From Gammaproteobacteria bacterium (GTDB taxonomy: Bacteria > Pseudomonadota > Gammaproteobacteria > Eutrophobiales > Eutrophobiaceae): a stretch of 64,000 nucleotides of DNA. Under the pieces are notes generated by a model. The model did not search any database. It was given only the letters and a program-made list of their open reading frames with translations, and had not been told where the DNA came from. Position 1 is the stretch's first letter, and the number at the start of each line of letters is the position of its first letter. The stretch covers positions 12,386 through 76,385 of the forward strand of contig JAJFKM010000074.1 in the NCBI GenBank assembly GCA_021773215.1, read 5' to 3'. Of this stretch, positions 26,827 to 36,831 are shown in pieces. Both the position numbers and the translations under genes were made by a program.

Positions 26827-27339
26827 GTGATATTGGGTATAACCGGGATAATTTCAGCTTATATATTGATAGGCTTACTATTACTTAGCATAAACCTTTA
26901 TTCAAGATGGTCTTGGAAGGTTAAGGCCGCAAGCATAATCATTACATCAGCATTTTATGTTGTAACGTATTTTTCCTTTCCACCATTACTCGGTTGGCCA
27001 ACTTCTGAAAATTTACCCCCACAATTTCGTTTGATATCTGCCCATGTTGAGCAACCAAACAAAGAAACCGGCAAAGAAGGTTCCATTTATCTATGGCTAT
27101 CTGAAATAGAAAATATGTCTAGCGCATCTGAACCAAGGGCATATGAATTAGCCTATTCAAATGAGTTACACGAAAAGATTATTAATGTTAAAGCCAAGCT
27201 CGATAAAGATATAGCTCAGTTGGGTGAATTTAAAGATCCTGATGAAACAATGGATCAAGTGCAAGAACAAAGACGTGGTGTAAAATCGGTTCATATTGAA
27301 TTTTATGATTTACCTGACCCACTCTTCCCAGATAAGTAG
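26827..27339 (+). CDS. Small membrane protein, two N-terminal TM segments, no recognisable family
   Basis: GTG start preceded by ggag. Two hydrophobic helices are followed by a charged soluble tail. It is 26 nt from the upstream gene and 14 nt from the downstream gene. Confidence 0.5.
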   Translation: MILGITGIISAYILIGLLLLSINLYSRWSWKVKAASIIITSAFYVVTYFSFPPLLGWPTSENLPPQFRLISAHVEQPNKETGKEGSIYLWLSEIENMSSASEPRAYELAYSNELHEKIINVKAKLDKDIAQLGEFKDPDETMDQVQEQRRGVKSVHIEFYDLPDPLFPDK

Positions 27340-27353
27340 GAGGCAATAAATAA

Positions 27354-28856
27354 TTGAATAGAAACATTACGTCTCTATTATTCTTTTTAACTCTATCGGC
27401 ATATTCCGGATACGTAACTGCGTGGAATACATTAACTGATAATCTTGATGTCAGTTGTCAGCAGTCAGAGACTGTTCTCAACTGTACATACCGCCCCCTA
27501 GCTTCTGGAACAACACCTGATATCTTAGCAAAATCAAATGGTGCTAATCTTGAAGTAATCAAAATAAGCCAATACCCCGGAGCTGGCGATACAAACGCCA
27601 TCTTATTCCTAGTCGATACTAGTGATCCTAAAAGACAGAATGTTATTGAACAAAACAGATCACATATAAAAGAACTCTTAACATTCCTAGGTCCACATAA
27701 TAAAGTTGGGCTGGCATCGTTTGACAAATCTATACAATTTTTATCTCCAGTAGGATCATCAAGATTTTTACTATCGAAATCTATAGACACATTAAACGCT
27801 ACTGGAAAAACAACAGAGTTATATCGCAACCTCATTAAAGCTATTGACCACCTAAAGTCATTTAATGCAGATAGAAAAGTAATTACTTTAATGTCTGATG
27901 GTCAGGCAGAAGATAAGGCTTACTTTCATTCTGATGTCATTAAATCAGCAAGAAAATATGGAGTGATCATAAATTCTATAGGATATCCAAGATCAATTTC
28001 ATTATCCGTTTCTTTGCAAACCATTAGACGCTTAAGCGAAGAAACTGGCGGCAGTTACATTGAGACTGATATGAGTTATGGACTTCCATCAAACCAGTTA
28101 AAACCTTTGATGAATAATGTGGATAATGGTGGCGCGTTCTCTGTTGAATTAGAACCTCTGTCTCAGACTAGTCCTGCTCCCAAAAAAATAACGCTGTCCT
28201 TCAAGGATGCTAATGAAACAGAAAATATAAGCGTGCCTGTACGAATAAAATCAATTGAAAAGCCTGTTCAGAGACAACCCAGCGTCATTATTCCTGAAGT
28301 TGTGAATCCTGATAAAGTAAGCCCTGAAAACAACCTGCCAATTCAGATTGTAACTAAACAAGCAGACAATCAAGCAATCAATTTATGGCTTTGGTACGGG
28401 CTCCCTGCTGCTTTTATCATCATCATCATATTTATATTAATTACATTATTTTTGTTGTGGAATCGTCGTCCTGAAACGAAGATTATTTCAGACAGTAATT
28501 ATAAGCCCTATGCTTATTTAATTGCCGGTGATGGTAGTGAGACCCGATACCCAATAACACGTACAATTTGGCGAATAGGTCGAAGCAAAGATAATGAATT
28601 AACTTTGAATGACACCTCACTCTCCCGGCGTCATGCTGAAATTCACAGAAACAGCAATGGTACTTTCGATATTATTGACATGAACTCAATGAACGGCGTC
28701 TATATTAATAACGAAAAGATTGGAAAGGCGGAATTACATGAGGGCGATGTTCTTGAGATCGGGGATATCTTTCTACACTTCACACAGCTAGCTTCTGATT
28801 ATTCACTTGAAGAATCAACCGTCATGCAAAAAACAAAAGTACCTATCACGCACTAA
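27354..28856 (+). CDS. Signal peptide - vWA domain - TM - FHA domain protein
   Basis: AGGAGG sits 10 nt before the TTG start. vWA motifs are ILFLVDTSDP, ATGKTTELY and ITLMSDGQAED. The TM is LWLWYGLPAAFIIIIIFILITLFLLW. The FHA core is WRIGRSKDNELTLNDTSLSRRHAEI...NSMNGVYINNEKI. Confidence 0.8.
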   Translation: MNRNITSLLFFLTLSAYSGYVTAWNTLTDNLDVSCQQSETVLNCTYRPLASGTTPDILAKSNGANLEVIKISQYPGAGDTNAILFLVDTSDPKRQNVIEQNRSHIKELLTFLGPHNKVGLASFDKSIQFLSPVGSSRFLLSKSIDTLNATGKTTELYRNLIKAIDHLKSFNADRKVITLMSDGQAEDKAYFHSDVIKSARKYGVIINSIGYPRSISLSVSLQTIRRLSEETGGSYIETDMSYGLPSNQLKPLMNNVDNGGAFSVELEPLSQTSPAPKKITLSFKDANETENISVPVRIKSIEKPVQRQPSVIIPEVVNPDKVSPENNLPIQIVTKQADNQAINLWLWYGLPAAFIIIIIFILITLFLLWNRRPETKIISDSNYKPYAYLIAGDGSETRYPITRTIWRIGRSKDNELTLNDTSLSRRHAEIHRNSNGTFDIIDMNSMNGVYINNEKIGKAELHEGDVLEIGDIFLHFTQLASDYSLEESTVMQKTKVPITH

Positions 28857-28864
28857 TCATTTAG

Positions 28865-29578
28865 TCAGATTATAGGACTGGTTAATTTAATATAATCATC
28901 GATTAGCTTTGTCATGTCTGATTCATCTAACAAAGCTTTATCCTCGCCAAACCATTCTTGTTTGTTCTCAATAATTAACCTCGATATATTTATTGCGACG
29001 ACTTTCCCTTTGTCATTTTTACATTGCTCGGAGGCATTAACTAATAATGATGTGGCTGCTCCCATTACAACTTCTCTATGTTTTTGTAATACCGCATCTA
29101 ATCCCACCTCTGTATGAATATGACTATTCTGCACAGGTTTAATAGTTTGAATAACAAAGGCTATTAATGCACTAAATTCATCAGGAACCGATATTCGACT
29201 AACCATCGCCCAGCGATATAAATCAATAGGTAAAACCTCCCATTTGTCAGCTGAATTATCGAGATTTACAACTGATAGTAGTTTTTTATGAACACATTCC
29301 TGCGCATGTTTCCATAGTTCTTCTGTCTTATCTGAAACATCGTCACCAGATTCATTAGTATCCGGATTTATTCCAAATAATAATGGGATCCCTTCTTGCT
29401 GGAGTAACCAGTTATCCTTGCATATCCATTTTTCATATAATTTTTGCAGTCTTAAGTGGTCTTCATCATAGACATTTCTTTCACGTTCACTCATCGTCAT
29501 TTCTGCAGGAGCTTCCGCTACTGATACTTCTTTATCAATGCCAAATAATGATGTTTTAATTTTATTAATAATATTCAT
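28865..29578 (-). CDS. Hypothetical protein, no recognisable motif
   Basis: A 237-aa ORF lying 15 nt downstream of the DUF455 gene on the same strand. It converges on the vWA-FHA gene with an 8-nt gap. Confidence 0.5.
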   Translation of the reverse strand: MNIINKIKTSLFGIDKEVSVAEAPAEMTMSERERNVYDEDHLRLQKLYEKWICKDNWLLQQEGIPLLFGINPDTNESGDDVSDKTEELWKHAQECVHKKLLSVVNLDNSADKWEVLPIDLYRWAMVSRISVPDEFSALIAFVIQTIKPVQNSHIHTEVGLDAVLQKHREVVMGAATSLLVNASEQCKNDKGKVVAINISRLIIENKQEWFGEDKALLDESDMTKLIDDYIKLTSPII

Positions 29579-29593
29579 ATCTTTTATTTTCTA

Positions 29594-30388
29594 TTAATGT
29601 GCTACAAGATAATCCAGTTCTGATTGTCTAAATCCAGCCATCAATCTCGCTTCATGATTTATCTTCTTTATATTATTTGAAGGCATATATTCTTTCGCTA
29701 TCTGCCTGAATTTTTTTTCTGGATCAAAATTTAATTTTTCACATTGGTAGCGATACCACTTAGTTCCTGTCTTAACGTGTCCAATTTCTTCTTCAAGAAT
29801 TAATTCAAGTATAGTGCTCGTTGATTTATCTTTGATTTGGCGAAATCGTGAAATTAATCCTGGTGTCACATCTAGCCCTCGTGCTTCCAGTATGCGCGGG
29901 ACTACTGCCAAGCGTAGTAACAAATCATGTGCGGTTTGTTCTGCCATATCCCAAAGACAATTATGTGCAGGAAAATCACCATACTCATAACCTAAGGTAC
30001 GTAATTGACTCTGCAACAACTGAAAATGTTTGGTTTCTTCTGCAGCGACTCTCGTCCAATCAAAATAGAAATCCTCGGGCATCTCTTGAAAGCGATAGAT
30101 TAAATCCCATGCAAGATTGATCGCATTAAACTCTATATGCGCTATGGAATGAATCATTGCTGCCCTGCCCTCATCATTTTGCATATTGCGCCTAGGTAAT
30201 TCTCTTGGATCGATAAGCAATGGTTTGTCCGGCCTACCGACCTTTATTAAGTTAATATCCTCATCAATTGGACTAACATCAATAGTGCCTGATAATATTT
30301 TTTTTGCAGATTGTTCTGATAGCCTCAACTTTTCATCTAGTCTGGATTCTGACAAACACTGATAAGCTAGCGAGAACAGGTTTCCCAT
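29594..30388 (-). CDS. Ferritin-like DUF455 family protein
   Basis: 264 aa with diiron-type helices (HIEFNAINLAWD, EETKHF, EARGLDV, EEEIGHVKTGTKW). Its ATG overlaps the tilS stop (TAATG). Confidence 0.7.
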   Translation of the reverse strand: MGNLFSLAYQCLSESRLDEKLRLSEQSAKKILSGTIDVSPIDEDINLIKVGRPDKPLLIDPRELPRRNMQNDEGRAAMIHSIAHIEFNAINLAWDLIYRFQEMPEDFYFDWTRVAAEETKHFQLLQSQLRTLGYEYGDFPAHNCLWDMAEQTAHDLLLRLAVVPRILEARGLDVTPGLISRFRQIKDKSTSTILELILEEEIGHVKTGTKWYRYQCEKLNFDPEKKFRQIAKEYMPSNNIKKINHEARLMAGFRQSELDYLVAH

Positions 30389-31731
30389 TACGATTGAACA
30401 GCTTTGTCATACCCAGACCACTCTATCTGCCATGAGGATTCATCATTTTCTGCAGAATAGTTTACATCCACACATACACCAGGTATTACAGCTAGAGTGT
30501 CATTAACATAAATCAAAGGGAATCTGTCTCTGGCCCATGGTAAGACTCCTCGCTCTTGAAACAATTGCTTCACTGTTTTTGAATGAGCATTGTTATTCGG
30601 CTTTATCTTTTCACCACCTAGTCTATATTGAACACTGATATTTGCATTCCTGATTTTTTCCTTCGATAGTCCGCTACCACTTACTGTTTTTGCAACTAAT
30701 GTCTCTTCCATAATTTTTAAGGGGCTGGCAAGATCCCACTGACAATTTAGACTATCAATATGTTTATGCATCTTTTCAGATGCGTATAAATATTTTCTAT
30801 ATTTCCTTACTTCAACGTTCTTCCAATTGACGCAGGGTGCATTGTCACTCGTTGAATTAATTAAGTCTGAAACAATGTGATTGATATGCTTTGAACCTGG
30901 CGACTCCAATTGCAGCTCTTGCAGCCAGACAAATATTAAATTCTTTTGCCTAGTAATACTTAAACTTCTTAATGTATCCAGACTCAGCTTATTTTCATGT
31001 GACACCAATCTCAGATCTTCGAGACCTACTTCATGCAATAAGGATGCGCAATCTTGCTGATGACTAAGCAAACGACTAATTGTTTCGCGATAAGCAGGCC
31101 ATCGTTGCTCAAACGCTGGAATAATTTTATTTCTTAAATAATTTCTATCAAACTTCGTATTTGTATTACTCATGTCTTCTTGCCAGGAAAGATTGTTTTC
31201 TTTGGCATAAGAGAGTAATTCGTTTCGACAATAATTTAATAGTGGACGAACATGTATAGCATTCGCAAAATCTTTAAATAACGGCATTGATGCTAAACCT
31301 CGTGGGCCAGCACCGCGTAGAGCTTGTAGAAAGAAAGTTTCTACCTGATCATCTTGATGATGCGCAGTAAAAAGTAAGTCACCCTTGTTCATGACTTGTG
31401 CTATCAGTGCGTAACGTTTTTCTCTTGCCCAAGCTTCGACACTCTCGCCCTTAGGCACTGTCTCATTGATAATTAACTGGGTAAAAGGGAGTTCATAACT
31501 GTCACATAGTGTTTTACAAAAATCACCCCATGCAGTGCTCTCCTCTTGTAAGCCATGATTTACATAAACTACTTCAAGTGATTGCCCTATCTTGTCTTTA
31601 TTCGAAAATATCAAATGTAGTAAGACACTGGAATCCATTCCGCCACTACAGGCTATCCAGATTTTTTTTGCCTTCGGATAGGTATTGAGTATAAAATCAA
31701 AACTATATTGTGAGAGTAGACTTGTCGACAC
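30388..31731 (-). CDS. tilS: tRNA(Ile)-lysidine synthetase
   Basis: PP-loop IACSGGMDSSVL, 447 aa, in the conserved position next to accA. Confidence 0.9.
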   Translation of the reverse strand: MSTSLLSQYSFDFILNTYPKAKKIWIACSGGMDSSVLLHLIFSNKDKIGQSLEVVYVNHGLQEESTAWGDFCKTLCDSYELPFTQLIINETVPKGESVEAWAREKRYALIAQVMNKGDLLFTAHHQDDQVETFFLQALRGAGPRGLASMPLFKDFANAIHVRPLLNYCRNELLSYAKENNLSWQEDMSNTNTKFDRNYLRNKIIPAFEQRWPAYRETISRLLSHQQDCASLLHEVGLEDLRLVSHENKLSLDTLRSLSITRQKNLIFVWLQELQLESPGSKHINHIVSDLINSTSDNAPCVNWKNVEVRKYRKYLYASEKMHKHIDSLNCQWDLASPLKIMEETLVAKTVSGSGLSKEKIRNANISVQYRLGGEKIKPNNNAHSKTVKQLFQERGVLPWARDRFPLIYVNDTLAVIPGVCVDVNYSAENDESSWQIEWSGYDKAVQS

Positions 31732-31779
31732 AGAATTGTTCCTCTGCCAAAGATAGATTAATGCACCAAAAATGAAAGA

Positions 31780-32733
31780 CTAGTTTTGCTTAAATTCACC
31801 AATCTGTCTTATTTTGTTTTGTCTTTGTACAACAACTTCTTGAGTTGGCAAGGATCGTAGTTGTTCTAGTTCCTCAATCAAAGCAAGTTTTAAACTATTA
31901 GCAATACCAGTAAAGTCACGATGAGCACCACCCAATGGTTCATCAATCACACGGTCAACTAGTTTAAGCTCACTCAACCTTTGCGCCGTAATACCCATTG
32001 CTTCTGCAGCTTCTTTGGCATTATCGGCACTTTTCCAAAGAATTGATGCGCAACCTTCAGGTGAAATCACAGAATACGTACTATATTGCAGCATCAATAA
32101 ACGATCACCGACACCAATAGCCAGAGCTCCTCCTGAACCACCTTCGCCAATCACTGTTGCAACAACGGGGGTTTTTAATTCTGACATCACCATCAAGTTT
32201 CTGGCGATGGCTTCACTCTGACCACGTTCCTCGGCATCAATGCCTGGATAGGCTCCTGGAGTATCGATAAAGGTCAATACTGGGAGGCGAAAACGCTCTG
32301 CCATTTGCATAATACGTAGTGCTTTGCGATAGCCTTCAGGTTTGGGCATACCATAATTTCGGACAATCCTGTCTTTTGTATCGCGACCTTTTTGATGTCC
32401 GATGACAGCAACCGGTTTCCCATCTAACCTCGCAATGCCAGCAATAATGGCTGGATCATCTGCAAAATACCGTTCTCCATGTAATTCTTCAAAATCGGTA
32501 AAGATGAGATCAATATAATCCTGCGTGTATGGTCGCTGTGGATGTCTCGCAACTTGAGAAACCTGCCACGGCGTCAATGAAGAAAAGATGGACTCCGTTA
32601 ATTCATCACTACGTTTCTTGAGTCTAGTGATCTCTTCGCTGATATTTATTTCTTTGTCATTGCCAACGTAGCGCAATTCTTCAATTTTCGCTTCAAGCTC
32701 AGCAATCGGTTGTTCAAAATCTAGAAAATTCAT
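31780..32733 (-). CDS. accA: Acetyl-CoA carboxylase carboxyltransferase alpha subunit
   Basis: [21 protein letters not shown]... and [10 protein letters not shown] match AccA. Confidence 0.95.
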   Translation of the reverse strand: MNFLDFEQPIAELEAKIEELRYVGNDKEINISEEITRLKKRSDELTESIFSSLTPWQVSQVARHPQRPYTQDYIDLIFTDFEELHGERYFADDPAIIAGIARLDGKPVAVIGHQKGRDTKDRIVRNYGMPKPEGYRKALRIMQMAERFRLPVLTFIDTPGAYPGIDAEERGQSEAIARNLMVMSELKTPVVATVIGEGGSGGALAIGVGDRLLMLQYSTYSVISPEGCASILWKSADNAKEAAEAMGITAQRLSELKLVDRVIDEPLGGAHRDFTGIANSLKLALIEELEQLRSLPTQEVVVQRQNKIRQIGEFKQN

Positions 32734-32748
32734 AATTAAATCAAACTG

Positions 32749-35700
32749 TTATTGTTTTTCACTTTTAGGATTATACTCGATTTCTACCTGATTAATATCA
32801 AGTATATTAGTTAATTCATCTATCAAATCATCACTAATTCGGACATTCCACTCTTTCCCGAACGGTACCAGACCCACTGCATCAGCTTTCACATATTTTA
32901 CGATTACATTTGACACATCATGATTATATTTAAGCAGAGTAGATTTGATATTATTAGTTATTCCGTTACTCATTTGCGATTCGTATAAAGTTAATTTTAA
33001 AGAACTTGTAAGATTAAAAGGATTATCCGGTTTACGGATATCTTCTATGGTGAATATATTATCTGCAAGAATTTTAATTCCGCCTTCATAGTACTCATCA
33101 TTTTTGGCACGCCCTTTTACTATTACAAGGTGATCTTTGATTAAATAATTCCGATATTTCTCATAATCATCTGATTTAACAACAACAACTTTTCGAGATG
33201 TATTATCGTCAATCTTCACGTCATACTCTTCTCTCATTCCAGATTTTCGGATGCTCATAATGTATCCAGCTACTTTTACTTCTCCCGTTTTTATGCCATA
33301 AAGTTTTCGTGTTATTTTTGAAAGTTCTTGTTTGTATCTATTAATAGGATGTCCTGACAAATAAAAACCCAAGGTTTCTTTTTCAAACATTACACGTTGT
33401 TTATCATCCCAGTCCTTTACAAAATCATAGACGGAAGCTGAATCAACTTCTTCGCTTGAGCTTGCCGGAGCTTCAAGCCCAAACATATCATTCTGCCCGC
33501 TATCCAAATCTTTATTATGTTGCTCAGCTAAAGACGTTGCTTTCTCTAGGTTTTCAATTAATGTGCTCCTACCTGCTCCCAATGAATCCATAGCACCGGA
33601 TTTAATCAACGCATCAAGCACTCTCTTATTCGCTTTTCGTAAATCAATTCGCTTACAAAGATCAAATAAATTTTCAAACGGACCATTTTCTTCTCTTTCA
33701 CTAATAAGGTTATCAATTGCTGCAGCGCCAACACCTTTTATTGCACCTAGTCCGTATTGAATCGTTTTATCATTAATTATAGTAAAACTATAAAAACTGG
33801 CATTCACAGAAGGCGGCACAACTTCTATTTGCATTCTGCGTGTTTCTTCAAAAAGCATGACAACCTTATCCGTATTATCCATATCGGAAGAAAGTACTGC
33901 TGCCATAAACGCAGCAGGATAATGCGCTTTTAACCATGCTGTCTGGTAAGCAACTAATGCGTAAGCTGCAGAGTGTGATTTATTAAAACCATAACCAGCA
34001 AATTTTTCCATTAAATCAAAAATCATCGTTGCCTGTCTTTCATCAACTCCTTGGTTGACCGCACCTTCGGTAAATATCTGCCTTTGCTTGGCCATTTCTT
34101 CCGGCTTTTTCTTACCCATAGCACGACGTAATAGATCCGCTGCACCTAAAGAATAACCAGATAATACCTGAGCAATTTGCATCACTTGTTCTTGATAAAG
34201 AATAACGCCATAAGTTGGTTTAAGAGCAAATTCCAAATCATCATGCATATATTGCACACGTGCTCTACCATGTTTTCTATCGACAAAATCATCAACCATA
34301 CCTGATTGCAATGGTCCCGGTCTGAATAAGGCAACAAGTGCGATAAGGTCATCAAACACATCTGGTTTAAGTCGACTAACCAGTTTTTTCATGCCATCAG
34401 ATTCGAGTTGAAATACGGCCGTCGTATCCATACGTTGAATCAATGCATAGGTGGCAGCATCATCTAGCGGAATCTTGCGGATATTAATTTCATCTTCATT
34501 GTTTTGTCTTTTTATACGATTAACATCTCGTAACGCCCAATTAATAATGGTTAGTGTTCTCAAACCAAGGAAATCAAACTTAACAAGACCAATAGACTCA
34601 ACATCACCCATATCAAATTGGGTCACTGTTGCCTGAGAGCCCTCTTCACAATACAGTGGCATGTAGTCAGACAACGGCTTGGGTGCAATAACAAGCCCAC
34701 CAGCATGTCGCCCTGCATTTCGAGAAAGTCCTTCGAGTTTTCTGGCTAAATCAAATAAGGACCTAACATCTTCCTCAGCTTTATAACGTCGTCTTAGTTC
34801 CTTTTCTTCTGCCATCGCTCTTTCAAGCGTCATGTTCAATTCAAAAGGGATTAATTTTGCGATTTGATCTACAAACCCATATGGGAAGCCGAGTACTCTT
34901 CCGACGTCTCTGATAACCGCTTTTGCAGCCATGGTGCCGTAAGTAATAATCTGTGAAACATGATCCCGACCATATTTCATTGAAACGTATTCAATCACTT
35001 CATCACGACGATCCATGCAGAAATCAATATCAAAGTCAGGCAATGAAACACGTTCAGGATTTAAAAATCGCTCAAATAGCAAATCATATTCAAGAGGGTC
35101 TAACTCCGTGATATCCATTGCGTAAGCTACTAGAGAGCCAGCACCCGAACCACGTCCAGGGCCGACAGGAATCCCATTTTCTTTAGCCCAACGAATAAAA
35201 TCAGCAACGATAAGAAAATAACCAGAGAATCCCATGCCCGTTACAACATCTATTTCACGTTCCAATCTTGAAAAGTATTTTTCATGATTTGATTCAGGGA
35301 TAGTCGTATTTTCATCAAGGATTTTCTGTAATCCCGATTTTGCGTCGTTAATCAGTCTTTCATCCTGTGTCTCATTTGAATCAACAGGAAAATGAGGCAA
35401 GAAATTTTCGCCTAGAGTAAATTCAACATTGCATCGTTGTGCAATTCTAACGGTATTATCAAGCGCTTCAGGAATATCGGAGAATAACTCCTGCATTTCT
35501 TCATTTGTTCGAAGATATTGTTGGTCAGTGTATTGTTTGACGCGTCTCGGATCATTTAACGTATATCCTTGTTGGATACAGACACGTGCTTCATGCGCTT
35601 CATAATCATCTTCTTCTATAAAACGAACGTTATTTGTAGCGACAAGAGGAACACTATATTTTTCAGCATAATTAATCGCATCATGTATATAATTGTCCTG

Positions 35701-36219
35701 ACCTTTTCTGCCGATTCTTTGCAATTCAAAATAATATCGATCTGGAAAAACTGACAACCATTTCTCTATATTATTTTCAATCTTTGCATTATCTTGGAGT
35801 AAAGTTGAATTGGAAAAATCACCAGCATCTGCACAATCAATAACGATGAGTCCTTCATTGTAATTTTTAAGCCAATCAAACTGTACTAAGGGATTACCAC
35901 GAAACTGCCCTTCGGTAAAACTTTGTGTTATCAATCTAGAGAGATTTTGGAATCCTTCAATGTGCTGACAAAGTAGAACAATACTTGATGGTTCATCTTG
36001 GCTGATGCCCATAACTTTTATTTCTGCACCAATCAGTGGTTTCACACCTCTCTTATGCATCGCACGATAAAACTTTACTGCAGAAAAGGTATTTCCCTGT
36101 TCCGTAACAGCAATTGCAGGCATGCCACTATCTGCTGCCTTGGCAGCCAAAGCATCAATTTTAATCAATCCATCAATTAGTGAAAATTCAGTATGTAGAT
36201 GTAAATGGACAAAGCTCAT
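32749..36219 (-). CDS. dnaE: DNA polymerase III alpha subunit
   Basis: 1156 aa. It has the PHP N-terminus FVHLHLHTEFSL and the polymerase core GPGRGSGAGSLVAYA... Confidence 0.95.
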   Translation of the reverse strand: MSFVHLHLHTEFSLIDGLIKIDALAAKAADSGMPAIAVTEQGNTFSAVKFYRAMHKRGVKPLIGAEIKVMGISQDEPSSIVLLCQHIEGFQNLSRLITQSFTEGQFRGNPLVQFDWLKNYNEGLIVIDCADAGDFSNSTLLQDNAKIENNIEKWLSVFPDRYYFELQRIGRKGQDNYIHDAINYAEKYSVPLVATNNVRFIEEDDYEAHEARVCIQQGYTLNDPRRVKQYTDQQYLRTNEEMQELFSDIPEALDNTVRIAQRCNVEFTLGENFLPHFPVDSNETQDERLINDAKSGLQKILDENTTIPESNHEKYFSRLEREIDVVTGMGFSGYFLIVADFIRWAKENGIPVGPGRGSGAGSLVAYAMDITELDPLEYDLLFERFLNPERVSLPDFDIDFCMDRRDEVIEYVSMKYGRDHVSQIITYGTMAAKAVIRDVGRVLGFPYGFVDQIAKLIPFELNMTLERAMAEEKELRRRYKAEEDVRSLFDLARKLEGLSRNAGRHAGGLVIAPKPLSDYMPLYCEEGSQATVTQFDMGDVESIGLVKFDFLGLRTLTIINWALRDVNRIKRQNNEDEINIRKIPLDDAATYALIQRMDTTAVFQLESDGMKKLVSRLKPDVFDDLIALVALFRPGPLQSGMVDDFVDRKHGRARVQYMHDDLEFALKPTYGVILYQEQVMQIAQVLSGYSLGAADLLRRAMGKKKPEEMAKQRQIFTEGAVNQGVDERQATMIFDLMEKFAGYGFNKSHSAAYALVAYQTAWLKAHYPAAFMAAVLSSDMDNTDKVVMLFEETRRMQIEVVPPSVNASFYSFTIINDKTIQYGLGAIKGVGAAAIDNLISEREENGPFENLFDLCKRIDLRKANKRVLDALIKSGAMDSLGAGRSTLIENLEKATSLAEQHNKDLDSGQNDMFGLEAPASSSEEVDSASVYDFVKDWDDKQRVMFEKETLGFYLSGHPINRYKQELSKITRKLYGIKTGEVKVAGYIMSIRKSGMREEYDVKIDDNTSRKVVVVKSDDYEKYRNYLIKDHLVIVKGRAKNDEYYEGGIKILADNIFTIEDIRKPDNPFNLTSSLKLTLYESQMSNGITNNIKSTLLKYNHDVSNVIVKYVKADAVGLVPFGKEWNVRISDDLIDELTNILDINQVEIEYNPKSEKQ

Positions 36220-36231
36220 ACAAATAACTAA

Positions 36232-36831
36232 CTACACTATATATTTAGCAACTGGAGCAAAACTACGTCGATGTATTTTAGTTATTCCTAGTGTTGCTAA
36301 AGCTTCAATATGTTGTTTAGTTGGATAACCTTTATGCGATGAAAAACCGTAATCCGGATATTCATCATCAAAGTTTACCATTTCATTATCCCGTGCCACT
36401 TTAGCGATGATTGATGCTGCGCTAATTGCAGGAATCAAACTATCTCCTTTGACAATGGCGATTGTTTTATAACTTACTTTGGGTGTAAATGTTCCATCTA
36501 CTACAACCATTTCTGGCTTCTTACTTAAAGCTTCAACGGCTCGTTTCATAGCCAGCAAACTAGCTTGTAATATATTTATTTCATCTATCTCTTCAACTTC
36601 TGCTCGACCCAAAGACCAAGCTAATGATTTTGATTTTATTTCTTCAGACAAGAGCATGCGTTTTTTATGACTCAGTTTTTTAGAGTCTTTCAAGCCATTG
36701 ATTATATTTTCCGGGTCTAATATGACAGCAGCTGCGACAACTGGCCCTGCCAAAGGTCCTCTGCCAACTTCATCAACGCCAGCCACCAAGTCTAGCTTGT
36801 TAATATAGGAATAGTCAGACAACTTTATCAC
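36232..36831 (-). CDS. rnhB: Ribonuclease HII
   Basis: [17 protein letters not shown] motif. I place the start at the GTG at 36831 (199 aa; TTG at 36822 is also possible). The track ATG at 36906 adds about 25 aa and a 92-nt overlap with lpxB. Confidence 0.85.
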   Translation of the reverse strand: MIKLSDYSYINKLDLVAGVDEVGRGPLAGPVVAAAVILDPENIINGLKDSKKLSHKKRMLLSEEIKSKSLAWSLGRAEVEEIDEINILQASLLAMKRAVEALSKKPEMVVVDGTFTPKVSYKTIAIVKGDSLIPAISAASIIAKVARDNEMVNFDDEYPDYGFSSHKGYPTKQHIEALATLGITKIHRRSFAPVAKYIV

